Shown: positions 40,888-51,654, counted from the first letter of the stretch. The stretch is 64,000 bases of DNA from Nitrosopumilus sp. (GCA_965214775.1 OZ243974.1:1920001-1984000); one strand, 5' to 3'. Numbers and translations: made by a program. Notes: a model not told the origin generated them from the sequence alone.

Positions 40888-42660
40888 CCCGAAGAGGCCG
40901 GCACCCAATACGCGCCTGTGCATATCTGCAGGATTCATAGCGACGCTGGCACTTGTCACGGCGCTATCTGAGGGCACAGGCGAGGACGTCATGCTTGCCG
41001 GATTCCTTGCCGTCTGTGCCGTCGTCCCGCTGCTGATACCTAGAAGAAAGAGGACATACGCGTCCTCTGACGGGACCGTAAGGGCCAGAGCGCCGACATC
41101 GTGGTCAGTATGGACCGTATTCATAATCATGGAAAAGCACATGCCCGCACTCAAGCGGCTCCGGCTCCACAACGAGCGCATGCTGGCCCGCATAGTCCCT
41201 GCCACCGGCACCACGTTTGACATAGAGCGCGCAGCGACCGTTTCCACCAGGCTCTCGCTGCTGCTGATACTGCCGTCGGCAGTCCTCGGTGCCATGGCCG
41301 GCATGCACATCCACTTTGCGTTTTATGGCGCAGCGGCAGTCCCGCTGGTCACGTTCTTTGTCCCCCTTGTCCAGCTGCGCTTTTCTGTTCTTGAGCGCAA
41401 GACCCGCATCGAGGAGGAGACGGCGTACTTTCTGTGCTTTGTCAATACAGTCCAGACGGTAGGCATGTCGCTGTACATGGCATTTGACTCGATACGGGGC
41501 AAGGGGATATTTCCCGGGATAGAGCGCGACGCGCACGAGATAGTAAAGCGCGTGGAGATGCTCGGCATGACGCAGAACGACTCCCTTGACGTGTACGCAA
41601 AGAATCATCCGTCACCGTCCTTTGCGGCGTTCGTATCCGGATACCTCTCCAAGATCGCCTCTGTCGGAGACGTTCCGGCGTATACGGAGTCCAAGGCAAA
41701 GTTCTTCTTCAACGAGTATATTGCCTCGTGGGAGCGATACGAGAAGAGCGCCCAGGAGATATTCAGCGCCGTAATCATGATCGCCATACTGCTCCCGATG
41801 ATGATGGCCTTCAACTCGATTGTCGGGACGGGATCCTCGTCGGGCCTCATGATAATGCTGGGAATCATCGTCTCACCCGTGGTCTCGGTAGTCATGATCT
41901 CCATGCTGAACTCGTCGCAGCCTGCAACGGGCAACATGCTGGCGGTCTCGTATCCCTCGATCGCCGCAGGTGCCGGCATAGGGCTCACGCTTGCAGTCGC
42001 CGGAGTGAGCATCCCGACGGTCATAGGACTGTCGGCCTTTGTAGGGGCCCTTCTCAACGCCATATTCACGAGGGGCAGGATGATGGAGATAACGAGGATA
42101 GACGACATGATGCCCGAGTTCATGCAGGACGTGACCGAGCAGAGCAGGGTAGGCAGCAACGTAAACCAGATAGTGCTGTACCAGTCGGGAAAGGGCCTGT
42201 ACGCCAGGCAGTTTGAGGAGATACTGGGGCGGCTGGCGGCCGGAATACGGAGCGGGATGAGGATGGAGGAGGCATCAAGGAAGATACGCACAAAGTCCGT
42301 CAACCTGAGGTTCATACTGTTCCTGCTGTCGCACGTCCAGTCTACCGGAGGCGGATCATCTGAGATATTCCTTGCAATCACGGACTTTATCACAAAAATA
42401 CAGCAGACCAAGATCAAGATATCAAAGGGGCTGGGGATGCTCACGATTATAGTGTATGCTTCCCCGTTCATCATGTTTGGCATATCGCAGGTCATGATCA
42501 CCATGTTCTCTGACGCAGGCTCTGCCCCCATCGGCATGACAGTCGACTCTGACATCCCGTCTGCCTTTGGCTCCGTAAGCGACGATGTAAAAAACGGCAT
42601 ACAGCTGATGACTGTCATGACCACGATACCGATGGGGGTGGTTGCCGCAAAGATCTCAAG

Positions 42661-44296
42661 GTATGAGGTCACCTATTCCCCCACATTAGGTCAAATATTG
42701 ATGACGATGCCGATCCTTATACCATGATCGCGTATACTAGACATTATGAAAGGTCAACCCTCCACATACTGTGAGATCGAGGCATCTATAGCATCGTCGA
42801 CGGAGAGGATACAGAGTCTGGAAAAGGGCATCAAGGAACGTGACAACATCATCAAGGAACAGGGCAATGTCATCAAGGAACGTGACACGACCATTGAGAA
42901 ACTAAACAATATAATCAAGGATCAGGGCAGCAGGCTCCGATACTATGAGAACGAGAACTCGCCCCCGTCGGCAGACTCGCTTGCGTGGAAGGAGCAAAAG
43001 GCACAGAGGAAAAAGGAGAGGGCCCGATCCGATGCTGCAGCCGGGAATAACGGCACCAGGAATAACAGGAAAAAGCCCGGCGGCCAAAAGGGCCACAAGG
43101 GCGTATCGCGCGTCCACCGGCCCACCCGGGTACAAAGGCACTACTTTCCGGGCGGACAGGCGCCAGAGTGCTGGTGCGGCACCCCCACGAAGATCATGAA
43201 CAGGTCGCAGACACGCGACATGATTGGATTTGAGATCAAGGCGATTGAGACTCGCCACGAGTCGCAGAGGGCAGTATGCCCAAAATGCGGCACGTATCAT
43301 ATTGCCCCCAACGGCCTGCCCCGATGCGGCAACTACGACACGAGCGTGGTCACAGCCGTCACCAAGCTGCGCAGCGAGGGCGTTCCATACAGCAGGATCC
43401 CAGGCATCCTGTCAGATATCACGGGTGTGGACATGTCAAAGTCAACTGCAATCAACAACGTGGGGCGCGTCTGCGAGGCCGCAAAGGCGCCTGCCGAGGC
43501 CATCGCAAAGGAGGTAAAGAGCTCAAAGACCGTCTGCATAGACGAGACGGGGATCAACCTGGCAGGCAAGACGGGGTGGGTGTGGACCATACTGTCAGCA
43601 GCAGGCATACTCATGATATACAACAATACAAGGAAGGCCCTGGTTCTGGACCAGTACATGAGCGGGTACAAGGGCGTCGTCACATCGGACGGATATCCCG
43701 CATACAAGAGGTTCGATCCGGGGGGAAGGCACCAGCGGTGCTGGGCGCACGAGCTGCGATCCCTCCTGTATGGTTCGCAGAAAAAGGACGCCCCGCTGTT
43801 TGCAGGGATCCTGTACCGGCAGGGGCAGCAGCTGTTCAGGGACGCCAAGACGTGTCTGGAAGGGTGGGACAAGCTGTCCCCCGAGGATCTCCTAGATCTT
43901 GAGGAGAGGACGGGGATAAGGGCCGCCGACGGGCTGATGGGCCGGCACTCGCCGGAGCTGCGCCGGCGGTTTGAGACCAACATGCGCAACGTCCTGTTCG
44001 GATACAGGGATACGCAGGACGAATCGTTGAAAGCTCTTGTCAGGCGGATGTACAATGCCCTGCCTGGCCTGTTTGCATTCCTGGAATACGAGGACGTCGA
44101 GCCCACCAACAATTCTGCAGAGCGGGCGCTGCGCCCCGTCGTACTGCAGGACAAGATAAGCGGCCAGATCAAGGGCGGCCTGGTCTGGATGGACAGGTAC
44201 GGATGGCTCAATACATGCACCTCGACGTGGAAGCTGCAGGGCAAGTCCATCATGGTTGAGGTAGCCAAAATAATTCAGGGGTAGGTGACCTCATAC
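42661..44296 (+). mobile_element. IS66-family element (single ORF), 8-bp TSD
   Basis: TIRs GTATGAGGTCACCTA / TAGGTGACCTCATAC; ATCTCAAG at 42653-42660 and 44297-44304. Confidence 0.93.
42746..44284 (+). CDS. IS66 transposase
   Basis: KKPGGQKGHKG, IDETG, SDGYPAY, QRCWAH, PTNNSAERALR. Confidence 0.95.
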   Translation: MKGQPSTYCEIEASIASSTERIQSLEKGIKERDNIIKEQGNVIKERDTTIEKLNNIIKDQGSRLRYYENENSPPSADSLAWKEQKAQRKKERARSDAAAGNNGTRNNRKKPGGQKGHKGVSRVHRPTRVQRHYFPGGQAPECWCGTPTKIMNRSQTRDMIGFEIKAIETRHESQRAVCPKCGTYHIAPNGLPRCGNYDTSVVTAVTKLRSEGVPYSRIPGILSDITGVDMSKSTAINNVGRVCEAAKAPAEAIAKEVKSSKTVCIDETGINLAGKTGWVWTILSAAGILMIYNNTRKALVLDQYMSGYKGVVTSDGYPAYKRFDPGGRHQRCWAHELRSLLYGSQKKDAPLFAGILYRQGQQLFRDAKTCLEGWDKLSPEDLLDLEERTGIRAADGLMGRHSPELRRRFETNMRNVLFGYRDTQDESLKALVRRMYNALPGLFAFLEYEDVEPTNNSAERALRPVVLQDKISGQIKGGLVWMDRYGWLNTCTSTWKLQGKSIMVEVAKIIQG

Positions 44297-44403
44297 ATCT
44301 CAAGCTTTACTGTAAAAAACACGTTTCCTGTCGCGATAACGTCGCTGCTGTCGGTGGTAGCCCTCAATATCGTGCCCGAGATCGTGTCGATGATGGGGGT
44401 GGC

Positions 44404-47223
44404 ATGACGGTGTTCGGGCGGAAAAAAAAGGAGACTGCAAGGCCCGCTCCCAGAAGGACGGCCAAAAAAACGGACTATGTGGGGTTCAGGTACGGCGACC
44501 CGGCGCTGGCGCCGACCAGCGTGGATGCGAACGCGGCATTCGGGATATCGGCAGAGGAGCGCGTCCACACAGCAATCTTCGGGCTGCCAGGATGCGGCAA
44601 GTCGTCGATACTCAAGCTCCTCATATACCAGAACATCCGGAACGGCCAGGGATTCATGGTGATAGACCCGCACGGGGAGCTGGCGCGCGACGTTATGAGG
44701 ATGATACCAGAGTCGCGGCACCAGGACGTCATATATGTCAACCCGGCCTCGCTTTACAGGTTCGGCCGGACCGTCCAGATCAACCCGCTTGAGGTAAAGT
44801 CGGAGGACGAGCGGTACGTGGTGGTCATGGGGTTTGTCAACATGCTGCAGAACCTCTACAAGGACTCGTGGGGCCCCAGGCTTGAGACTGTCCTGCGAAA
44901 TGCCGCCAACGCCCTTGTCGAGACCAAGGAACACAACAGGCTGTTCAACATATCCGCGATGATAACGGACGAGGGAAGCCGGGAGGCCATACTGGACGAC
45001 GTGGCGTCAAAGCCAGTAAGGCACTTTTGGGAGGAGATATTCGCAAAGCAGTACGCCAAGGATGCGGGCTCCTCGGCGTACAACAAGATAGACAAGATAC
45101 TCTCGACGCCGACGGTGGCAGCCATGCTTGATGCCGCAGAATCAAGCATCTCGATCCAGGACATAATCGAGAACAGGAGGATGCTCATAGTGGATCTCTC
45201 AACCGGCGCCTCGGACGACATCTGCCAGTTCCTGGGGTCCATATTTCTCAACATGGTCTACGTGTACGCCAAGAAGAGGATAGACATACACGGGGACTCC
45301 GACGACGAAGGCCTCGATCCGTTCTATCTTTACGCCGACGAGGCGCACATGTTCTCAAACACCACGATGTCGGAGATGCTCCGCGCCCTGCGAAAGTTCA
45401 ACATAAAGATGACCATCGCGACCCAGACGTGCAACGCGTACGACAGGGAGTTCTCCATGGAGATACCCGGCGTCTGCAAGACCATAATCACCGGAAGGTG
45501 CGACTATAACACGGCAAACCTGTTCCGCGCAAACATGAGCATGTCAGTAGAGGACATGCAAAAGATTCCGTCGCACTCCTTTGCGCTGGCGTCTGACGAG
45601 GGCGGGGTGAGGGCCCACGGGGTCTTCCGCTCAAGGCCGGTCCCGCTTGAGGGAGACGCAGAGTCGGCGGGGCGCGACTGGAAGGAGGTCGCAAAAAAGT
45701 CGGCTGCCAGGTGGGGCAGGCAGATAATGATGGAAAAGTACATCCCGCGTGCCGGCATCGGCAAGCTGCTCTTTACTCCGGTCGAGGCCTGCATCGTACA
45801 CCTGATGCACTTTGACAACCGCGACTGGTACCGCGAAGAGATATTCCAGGCGGCAAAGACCGTGTTTCCGGGCATACTTGAGAGGCACATAGCGGGCGCC
45901 CTGGACAAGCTGACGCGGGAGCTGTATGTCAGGATAATGTATCCCAAGAGTGATGACAGCGACCAGCACGACTCCATAAAGAGATACGTCCTGGGCGAGA
46001 GGAGCAGCAAGACGTACCTGTCAGAGGCATACGGAGGGAGGCGAGCCGGAGGCGAGGGGCACAACGACGTGCTCTTCAAGATAGCAGATGAGAACAGGCG
46101 GCGCCACAGATACTGCATACCGGATCTCGGCCAGGGCGGGGACGAGGCGCCGGACCTTCTGATAATAGAGCCGGGAACGGTAAAAAGCAGGGAGGGATAC
46201 ATGACGTACGATCCGCACAGGTGGAACGAAAAGAACAGGCTTGCCGTCGAGGTGGAGACCGATCCGGGAAAGCACATGGAGCACTCCGTATACAACTATA
46301 CCAAGAACCATGATCGCGGCTATGACGTGTGGTTTGTCTGCTTTGAGGAGCGCCACAGGGAAAGGCTTGAGGAGGCCATAAGGCAAAAGCATCCCCCCTT
46401 TGAGGGGTGCAAGATGGACACCATAAACGCCGGCCGCGTCCTGAAGGGCGCAGACGATCTGCCGGAGACGTTTGAGGAGACATTTACAGACGTCGCAGTC
46501 AGAAAGATAGACGAGATACTAAAGACACTTGCAGACGACACGCCACTTGAGAGGCAGCCCACCAAGAGTACGGTTCCACGGGAGGCGCTTGCAGACGCCT
46601 CCAAGGGAACAAGGGATCTTGCCGAGGTTTACACAAATACCGTCGGCTCATCAAGGGAGGACGTCAAGTCCTCCGTGCACGTGCCTGCGGCAGATCCCCC
46701 GCCGGGCCACATAGAGAACGAGACGCAGTGGGCGATACTTGACGGCATACGGAAGGCAGGTGCCATGGAGCGCGACGCCGATCTCATCCGCGAAAAGTTC
46801 GGGATAGGCCGCGCAAGCAGGAACGAGATAAAGGGCGCCATCGAGTACCTGCTGATGAAGAAGATGCTGCGGCAGGTATACTATTCGAGGCAGAAAAAGA
46901 CAGGCTCCCTTGACGGGAGCGGCGACAGGAAGACAAGCAGACGTGTCGCGATGCTCGTGCCGTTTGAGAGTCATCCGGAGTCCGGGTCAGGCGGTCATCC
47001 GGAGCCGGCACCCCCGGCCGATCAGGAATCTGACACAGGACACGATCCTGAACAGGATCCTGATCAGCTCCCCGGCGAAAAGCCGAGTGCTGCCATAACC
47101 GACTTTGATGCGTCCGAATACACGGACATTGCTCTTGCGGCGATGCTGGCAGATGAGACGCAAAAGGCAAACCACGCTGCGGCCAAGGCCGAGCTTGACA
47201 GACGGGAGGACGTCGAGGACTGA
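44404..47223 (+). CDS. VirD4/TraG-type coupling ATPase with C-terminal wHTH and PD-(D/E)XK-like extension
   Basis: GLPGCGKS, VIDPHGELA, WGPRLE, YLYADEAH, LRKF...IATQ; then GGEGH...APDLLII...LAVEVET. Confidence 0.85.
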   Translation: MTVFGRKKKETARPAPRRTAKKTDYVGFRYGDPALAPTSVDANAAFGISAEERVHTAIFGLPGCGKSSILKLLIYQNIRNGQGFMVIDPHGELARDVMRMIPESRHQDVIYVNPASLYRFGRTVQINPLEVKSEDERYVVVMGFVNMLQNLYKDSWGPRLETVLRNAANALVETKEHNRLFNISAMITDEGSREAILDDVASKPVRHFWEEIFAKQYAKDAGSSAYNKIDKILSTPTVAAMLDAAESSISIQDIIENRRMLIVDLSTGASDDICQFLGSIFLNMVYVYAKKRIDIHGDSDDEGLDPFYLYADEAHMFSNTTMSEMLRALRKFNIKMTIATQTCNAYDREFSMEIPGVCKTIITGRCDYNTANLFRANMSMSVEDMQKIPSHSFALASDEGGVRAHGVFRSRPVPLEGDAESAGRDWKEVAKKSAARWGRQIMMEKYIPRAGIGKLLFTPVEACIVHLMHFDNRDWYREEIFQAAKTVFPGILERHIAGALDKLTRELYVRIMYPKSDDSDQHDSIKRYVLGERSSKTYLSEAYGGRRAGGEGHNDVLFKIADENRRRHRYCIPDLGQGGDEAPDLLIIEPGTVKSREGYMTYDPHRWNEKNRLAVEVETDPGKHMEHSVYNYTKNHDRGYDVWFVCFEERHRERLEEAIRQKHPPFEGCKMDTINAGRVLKGADDLPETFEETFTDVAVRKIDEILKTLADDTPLERQPTKSTVPREALADASKGTRDLAEVYTNTVGSSREDVKSSVHVPAADPPPGHIENETQWAILDGIRKAGAMERDADLIREKFGIGRASRNEIKGAIEYLLMKKMLRQVYYSRQKKTGSLDGSGDRKTSRRVAMLVPFESHPESGSGGHPEPAPPADQESDTGHDPEQDPDQLPGEKPSAAITDFDASEYTDIALAAMLADETQKANHAAAKAELDRREDVED

Positions 47224-47309
47224 CAGTCCGCCGGCCCATGCGGTGCTGGCAGACTGACAGACAAACGGGCGGGATTTCCCCCTTAAAACGTGCCATGGCA
47301 TTTTTTTCC

Positions 47310-48032
47310 ATGAACCGAAGGAACAAAAAATACGTCGATTTCAAAAAGATCTGCGGGGTGCTCCACGTGTCAGAGGCCAGGCTTGAGAAGCTCCTGGGCC
47401 AGTGCATCCGGAGCAAAAGCGACAACATCTCAATATACAACAAGGCCACAGACATGCGGTACTATCTAAAGCCCGTATGTGTGGAGGGAGAGACGTGCAT
47501 GGTCGAACTCTACGAGGTCCACGGCGGCTCTGAAAACAAGGTGATATTCCGCAACTGGGTGTGCACCAGGAGGCCCAAGAACAGGAAGAGGGAGGCCGCA
47601 ATATCTGAGATCTTTGGCGTCGTGATCCTTATCGGGATAGCTGGCGTCGGTGCAGTACTGTTCCACTCGATTGCGATCGAGTGGGCAGAGACCGAGGAGA
47701 GGTATGACACCGAGCTGGTCGTCTTCAAGCTGGCAAAGCTGTCTGCAGGAGACAGCGTGGCGCTGGCCGAGATATCATTTTTGACGTACGGGGAAGGGGC
47801 CGTATCACTGTCATTTGGGGAGGATCTTGAATCAGTGGATCTGCTTGATTCTGACGGGGAGCCGCTGGACGGCGATACAACGCGCGTAGAGGAGCTGAGC
47901 TCGGGCAGGCTCGTAACGTTCGAGGGGCTGGTCGACATTCCAGAGGATGCGGGGCGCGGCAGCCACATCCATGCGGCCATCATACTGGATGGCGGGCAGG
48001 AGGTACAGCACGTGGTGAGGATCAGTGGCTAG
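47310..48032 (+). CDS. Pilin-like protein with internal class III signal and a long N-terminal extension
   Basis: NRKREAA/ISEIFGVVILIGIAGVGAVLF about 100 aa into the ORF; TTAA box 27 nt before ATG 47310. Confidence 0.65.
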   Translation: MNRRNKKYVDFKKICGVLHVSEARLEKLLGQCIRSKSDNISIYNKATDMRYYLKPVCVEGETCMVELYEVHGGSENKVIFRNWVCTRRPKNRKREAAISEIFGVVILIGIAGVGAVLFHSIAIEWAETEERYDTELVVFKLAKLSAGDSVALAEISFLTYGEGAVSLSFGEDLESVDLLDSDGEPLDGDTTRVEELSSGRLVTFEGLVDIPEDAGRGSHIHAAIILDGGQEVQHVVRISG

Positions 48033-49155
48033 GAGTGCAAGCCAGGCCACCGGCGAGCTGCTGTCTGCCATTGCAGTCATAGGCGTCACCGCTGTGGCAG
48101 CCGCAATACTGTTTGTTACGTTTGCAGAGCAAAACCAGGAGGGAACCGAGGTGATAGACACCAGGGGCGAGATAGAGCTGGCACGCGCCTCGGAGCTGGT
48201 CGACACCTCGCATGTCAGCTGTGCGGGCACGCGCCTCTCGTTTCTGTTACACAACTATTCCAGGGATTATGCGATGAGTACCGACGGGTTCAGGGCATAC
48301 ATTCTTGACAGCGGCGGCGAGCTTGCGTTCCGCCTGTCAGAAGGCGGCGACGACTATATCGAGATAATGACTCCAAGCGTTACCGGCGGCGCGTGGCACC
48401 ACGTCGTGCTGACAAACGACGGCAGCGGAACCCGCGAGGGCATGAAGGTCTACCTTGACGGCGAGCCTGCCGAGTCTGTTCCCGGCGGCGGAGCCGGCGC
48501 CGTCACAGGATCGATCCTCAACAATTTCCCCATAGGTATCGGGGCAAGCAGTACGGGAAAGGATCCGGTATCGGATGCGGCAATCGACGAGCTGATATTG
48601 TCCAGGCACCTGCTGACCCCCGGGCAGGTGGAGGCCTATTATTTGAGCGGGACATATCCGTACACGGCCATCATTCATCTTCCATTTGAGGATGATCTGG
48701 TTTCAAACGACGTATCCAACCACGGAACACTCGTAAGCGGAACCGAGGAGTACACCGACTCCACCAGGGAACCTGGCCTGGGACGTGCGCTGGTTCTTAA
48801 CGGCACACATGTCACGGTACCCGAGGTCAACCTGGACTATGACGCCAATGAGATATTCACGATATCGTTCTGGATAAAAAAGACGGCGCCTGACGACGTA
48901 GACGTGTCCATACTCTCAAAGTCAGACCAGTACTGGAACTCGGGGCTGAACGTGTGGATGTGGTCCGGCTCCGGAGGCAAGCTCAAGGACGGCGACCTTG
49001 GCAGCATCGAGTGGCTTGCACTCGACATGGCCACGGCCGCCGACGAGATACCTCCGGCGACCACGATAGTAGTGAGATATGACGGATACGTCTGCGGTGA
49101 CATGCTGATCCTGCAGACGCCGTCAGGGGAGATAGTCCGGGTGAGAACCGCATGA
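48025..49155 (+). CDS. Pilin-like protein with LamG/concanavalin A-like domain (putative adhesin)
   Basis: GELLSAIAVIGVTAVAAAILF; GAWHHVVLT...KVYLDG...IDELIL; FTISFWIK. Confidence 0.75.
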   Translation: MARSASQATGELLSAIAVIGVTAVAAAILFVTFAEQNQEGTEVIDTRGEIELARASELVDTSHVSCAGTRLSFLLHNYSRDYAMSTDGFRAYILDSGGELAFRLSEGGDDYIEIMTPSVTGGAWHHVVLTNDGSGTREGMKVYLDGEPAESVPGGGAGAVTGSILNNFPIGIGASSTGKDPVSDAAIDELILSRHLLTPGQVEAYYLSGTYPYTAIIHLPFEDDLVSNDVSNHGTLVSGTEEYTDSTREPGLGRALVLNGTHVTVPEVNLDYDANEIFTISFWIKKTAPDDVDVSILSKSDQYWNSGLNVWMWSGSGGKLKDGDLGSIEWLALDMATAADEIPPATTIVVRYDGYVCGDMLILQTPSGEIVRVRTA

Positions 49156-51506
49156 GGGCCGTGCCGGCAGCGCTGTTTCTACTGCTGCTGGCATCTGCCC
49201 TCCCGCTGCTGGCATCCTTTCTTGCCGAAGACGCCTTTGCCCACCCGTACGGAAGATGCAGGCCGTGGATAACGGGATCCTTGCACTATGACGTCAGGGA
49301 CGCCGACGGGAACCCGAGAAGCAACCCCAACGACACGCTGTATCCCGGCGATGCCGTAAGGTATGAGTTTAGCTATGGATGGAGCGGCAACTGCTACCGC
49401 GAAAGGACGTATCCGGTGACTGACAGCGGCGCCATAAGCGTATACGGATCGCACGGCTCCCACGGGTCGCGCGGCGGCAACGCGGAGGCGCTCATAGCCA
49501 GGACCAACGACTGCCACGGAGGGGGAAGCCGCGGTGCCGCAGGATACGGGGGCGATGACTCGTGGGACCGCGACAGCGCAAAGACCGGCTGCGGCGACAT
49601 CAAATACAAGATCTCAGGCAAGGAAAAGCACCGGCACCGGTGCGGCGATGGCTACTGCACGTTCTACATCACGCGCTGGGCACACGACACGCTGCATCCT
49701 GCCACGGTTGCCCCCGTAGTCGAGGTCCAGATGTACGAGCACATCATAAGGGATCCCTACGGATACATGGCAGCAAACGGAGACCATACAAACTATGTAT
49801 GGGATCCCATAGCAATTGAGCATGCGGCCGACTTTACGTACAAGAACCAGAGGGAGGGGACGATAACCTTTGACTATTCACGGGCGTTCTCCCCGCTCGT
49901 CGAGGAGGGGGGATACGAGTGCGACCGGAGGTGCGTCCGATCCCTGGCGGTGGCGGCAGGCTCGCCGCTTGATGCCACAGGAATAGGATTCCTTCCGTAC
50001 CAGCATGCGTCAGAGAACGGGGGAGGGATGTACGCGTATGCGTCGCCGGGGCTTGACGTGATGGGCAACAGGGAGATACGGTATGACGTCCGCGTCCTCA
50101 ACGAGGGGCGCCTGATAAACACGCACCACAACCAGACAGTCCAGCTGATAGTCAGCTATGATCCGGTGTTTGACAAATATGAGTATCCGGTGCTGGCAGA
50201 CGGGCGCAAGTACGCGTATGATGACAGGCAGGGACTCGTGATGCTGTACTCGGGCTCCGTCGGCAGCGGCCCGGACGACGACGGGCTGCTTCACGGGGAC
50301 AGGCGGAGCAGGATAAACGCGTTTTACCCCAACACCACCATGCACTCCCTCTTTGACGGCATCCCAGACGTAGCCATTGATCCCGATCTTCTTGAGTGGG
50401 ATTCCATAGATCACGTGAGAGGGACGGATCCCGACGGGTGGCTCAGCCTGGATGCAGGACACGCGATGTTCGAGGACGAGGGGTATGGCATACTGAGGTT
50501 CTCCCAGGAGATCTCTGGCATCGTGCACCGGGACTCTAACAACCTCAACTTCCGCCACAATGCAACCACACACAACGTGATAGCGTCTGACAGGTGGGCA
50601 GGCCATGATTCTTATGCCAACTTCAACTATACCTACCAGTACCCGCACACGCCGTTTGCGGCATGGTACAACGTCACGGCCTTTGACGCGTCGGGGGCAG
50701 CCGACGACGGCGTGACGCCCATAACGGTATCTGCCACCGTCGCAAACCTGACGCACGCAGGCTCCGTGCCGCAGCACATACCGGCAGGACAGGGCAGGGT
50801 CACCGTAATGCTGGATGCGTACGTCCATGACAAGGCGCTTCACGACACCGGCGATGAGGCCTTTGCTGCTGCCGTACTTGACGAGACGTACGACATGGAG
50901 AACGGCGCAGGCGGCACCGGCGACGTATCGATGTGGCTAAAAAAGACGGGACTGTCATTGGATGAGAACTACATCCCTGGAAACGACATACTCGGACAGC
51001 CGCGGTACCTCTTGCTGGGGCTCGAGTCGGAGATGGACACCGTCATAGAGATACCCGGCAGGGAGATCAGCCGCATACTTCACACGGAGTTTGACGTCGA
51101 TTACGTCGAGGAGATGACCGTGTCCGAGATTCCGCTGTCCATGTCGCGTTCTGTCAGCGACGGTCTCCGGACGCAGCTGGTCTCCGTGTCTGTCCCGGAA
51201 TGGTTCGGGTACATAAGCTCCATCGAGATGAACGGGGAGAGCGTCGACTTTGGGACCGACTGCGTCTACGAGTGCGTCTTTACTGACATCGATGGCGGAA
51301 ACGTCACGGTATACAACGTCTGGGGCGGGACTGCCGTGGGGACGCTCAACGCCTCGGACATTCTGGTGCATGCCACCCCAGAGGTCGTCTTTGAGGAAAG
51401 CCACGATCTCATCTGGTATGTCGTGGCCGTAGGCATCATGGGGTTTGTGGCGTATTCTGCCCTGAGGCATTTCTGGAAGAGGACGCTTGTATCTTCGTCG
51501 CAGTGA
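49152..51506 (+). CDS. Large secreted, membrane-anchored protein
   Basis: Signal peptide, Cys/His/Gly-rich N-domain, C-terminal TM. Confidence 0.75.
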   Translation: MRAVPAALFLLLLASALPLLASFLAEDAFAHPYGRCRPWITGSLHYDVRDADGNPRSNPNDTLYPGDAVRYEFSYGWSGNCYRERTYPVTDSGAISVYGSHGSHGSRGGNAEALIARTNDCHGGGSRGAAGYGGDDSWDRDSAKTGCGDIKYKISGKEKHRHRCGDGYCTFYITRWAHDTLHPATVAPVVEVQMYEHIIRDPYGYMAANGDHTNYVWDPIAIEHAADFTYKNQREGTITFDYSRAFSPLVEEGGYECDRRCVRSLAVAAGSPLDATGIGFLPYQHASENGGGMYAYASPGLDVMGNREIRYDVRVLNEGRLINTHHNQTVQLIVSYDPVFDKYEYPVLADGRKYAYDDRQGLVMLYSGSVGSGPDDDGLLHGDRRSRINAFYPNTTMHSLFDGIPDVAIDPDLLEWDSIDHVRGTDPDGWLSLDAGHAMFEDEGYGILRFSQEISGIVHRDSNNLNFRHNATTHNVIASDRWAGHDSYANFNYTYQYPHTPFAAWYNVTAFDASGAADDGVTPITVSATVANLTHAGSVPQHIPAGQGRVTVMLDAYVHDKALHDTGDEAFAAAVLDETYDMENGAGGTGDVSMWLKKTGLSLDENYIPGNDILGQPRYLLLGLESEMDTVIEIPGREISRILHTEFDVDYVEEMTVSEIPLSMSRSVSDGLRTQLVSVSVPEWFGYISSIEMNGESVDFGTDCVYECVFTDIDGGNVTVYNVWGGTAVGTLNASDILVHATPEVVFEESHDLIWYVVAVGIMGFVAYSALRHFWKRTLVSSSQ

Positions 51507-51578
51507 CCGCATGGCAGGCCGCGCCTAGGGGCCTGACTCCCTTCCGGCTTAATATGGAAACGCATTCCATTAGGTATC

Positions 51579-51654
51579 AGCGGGGTGGGGAAGCCAGGCC
51601 AATCCCGGCGGGTTCATTGCCCGCAGACCGGCAGTTCAAATCTGTCCCCCGCTA
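51579..51654 (+). tRNA. Initiator-type tRNA-Met(CAT) with atypical anticodon loop
   Basis: AGCGGGG/CCCCGCT acceptor (A1-U72), GGGA/TCCC D-stem, GCGGG/CCCGC anticodon stem, loop TTCATTG, GGCAG TTCAAAT CTGTC T-arm, A73; TTAA box 30 nt upstream. Confidence 0.85.

Larger units (their letters stand above)
40865..44407 (+). pseudogene. TadC/FlaJ (T2SSF) pilus platform protein, last TM split off by IS66
   Basis: Two T2SSF-like repeats (RIEEETAYF; RIDDMMPEFMQDV); removing the IS66 restores VAAKISSFTVKNTFPVAITSLLSVVALNIVPEIVSMMGVA, whose stop overlaps the ATG at 44404. Confidence 0.85.
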
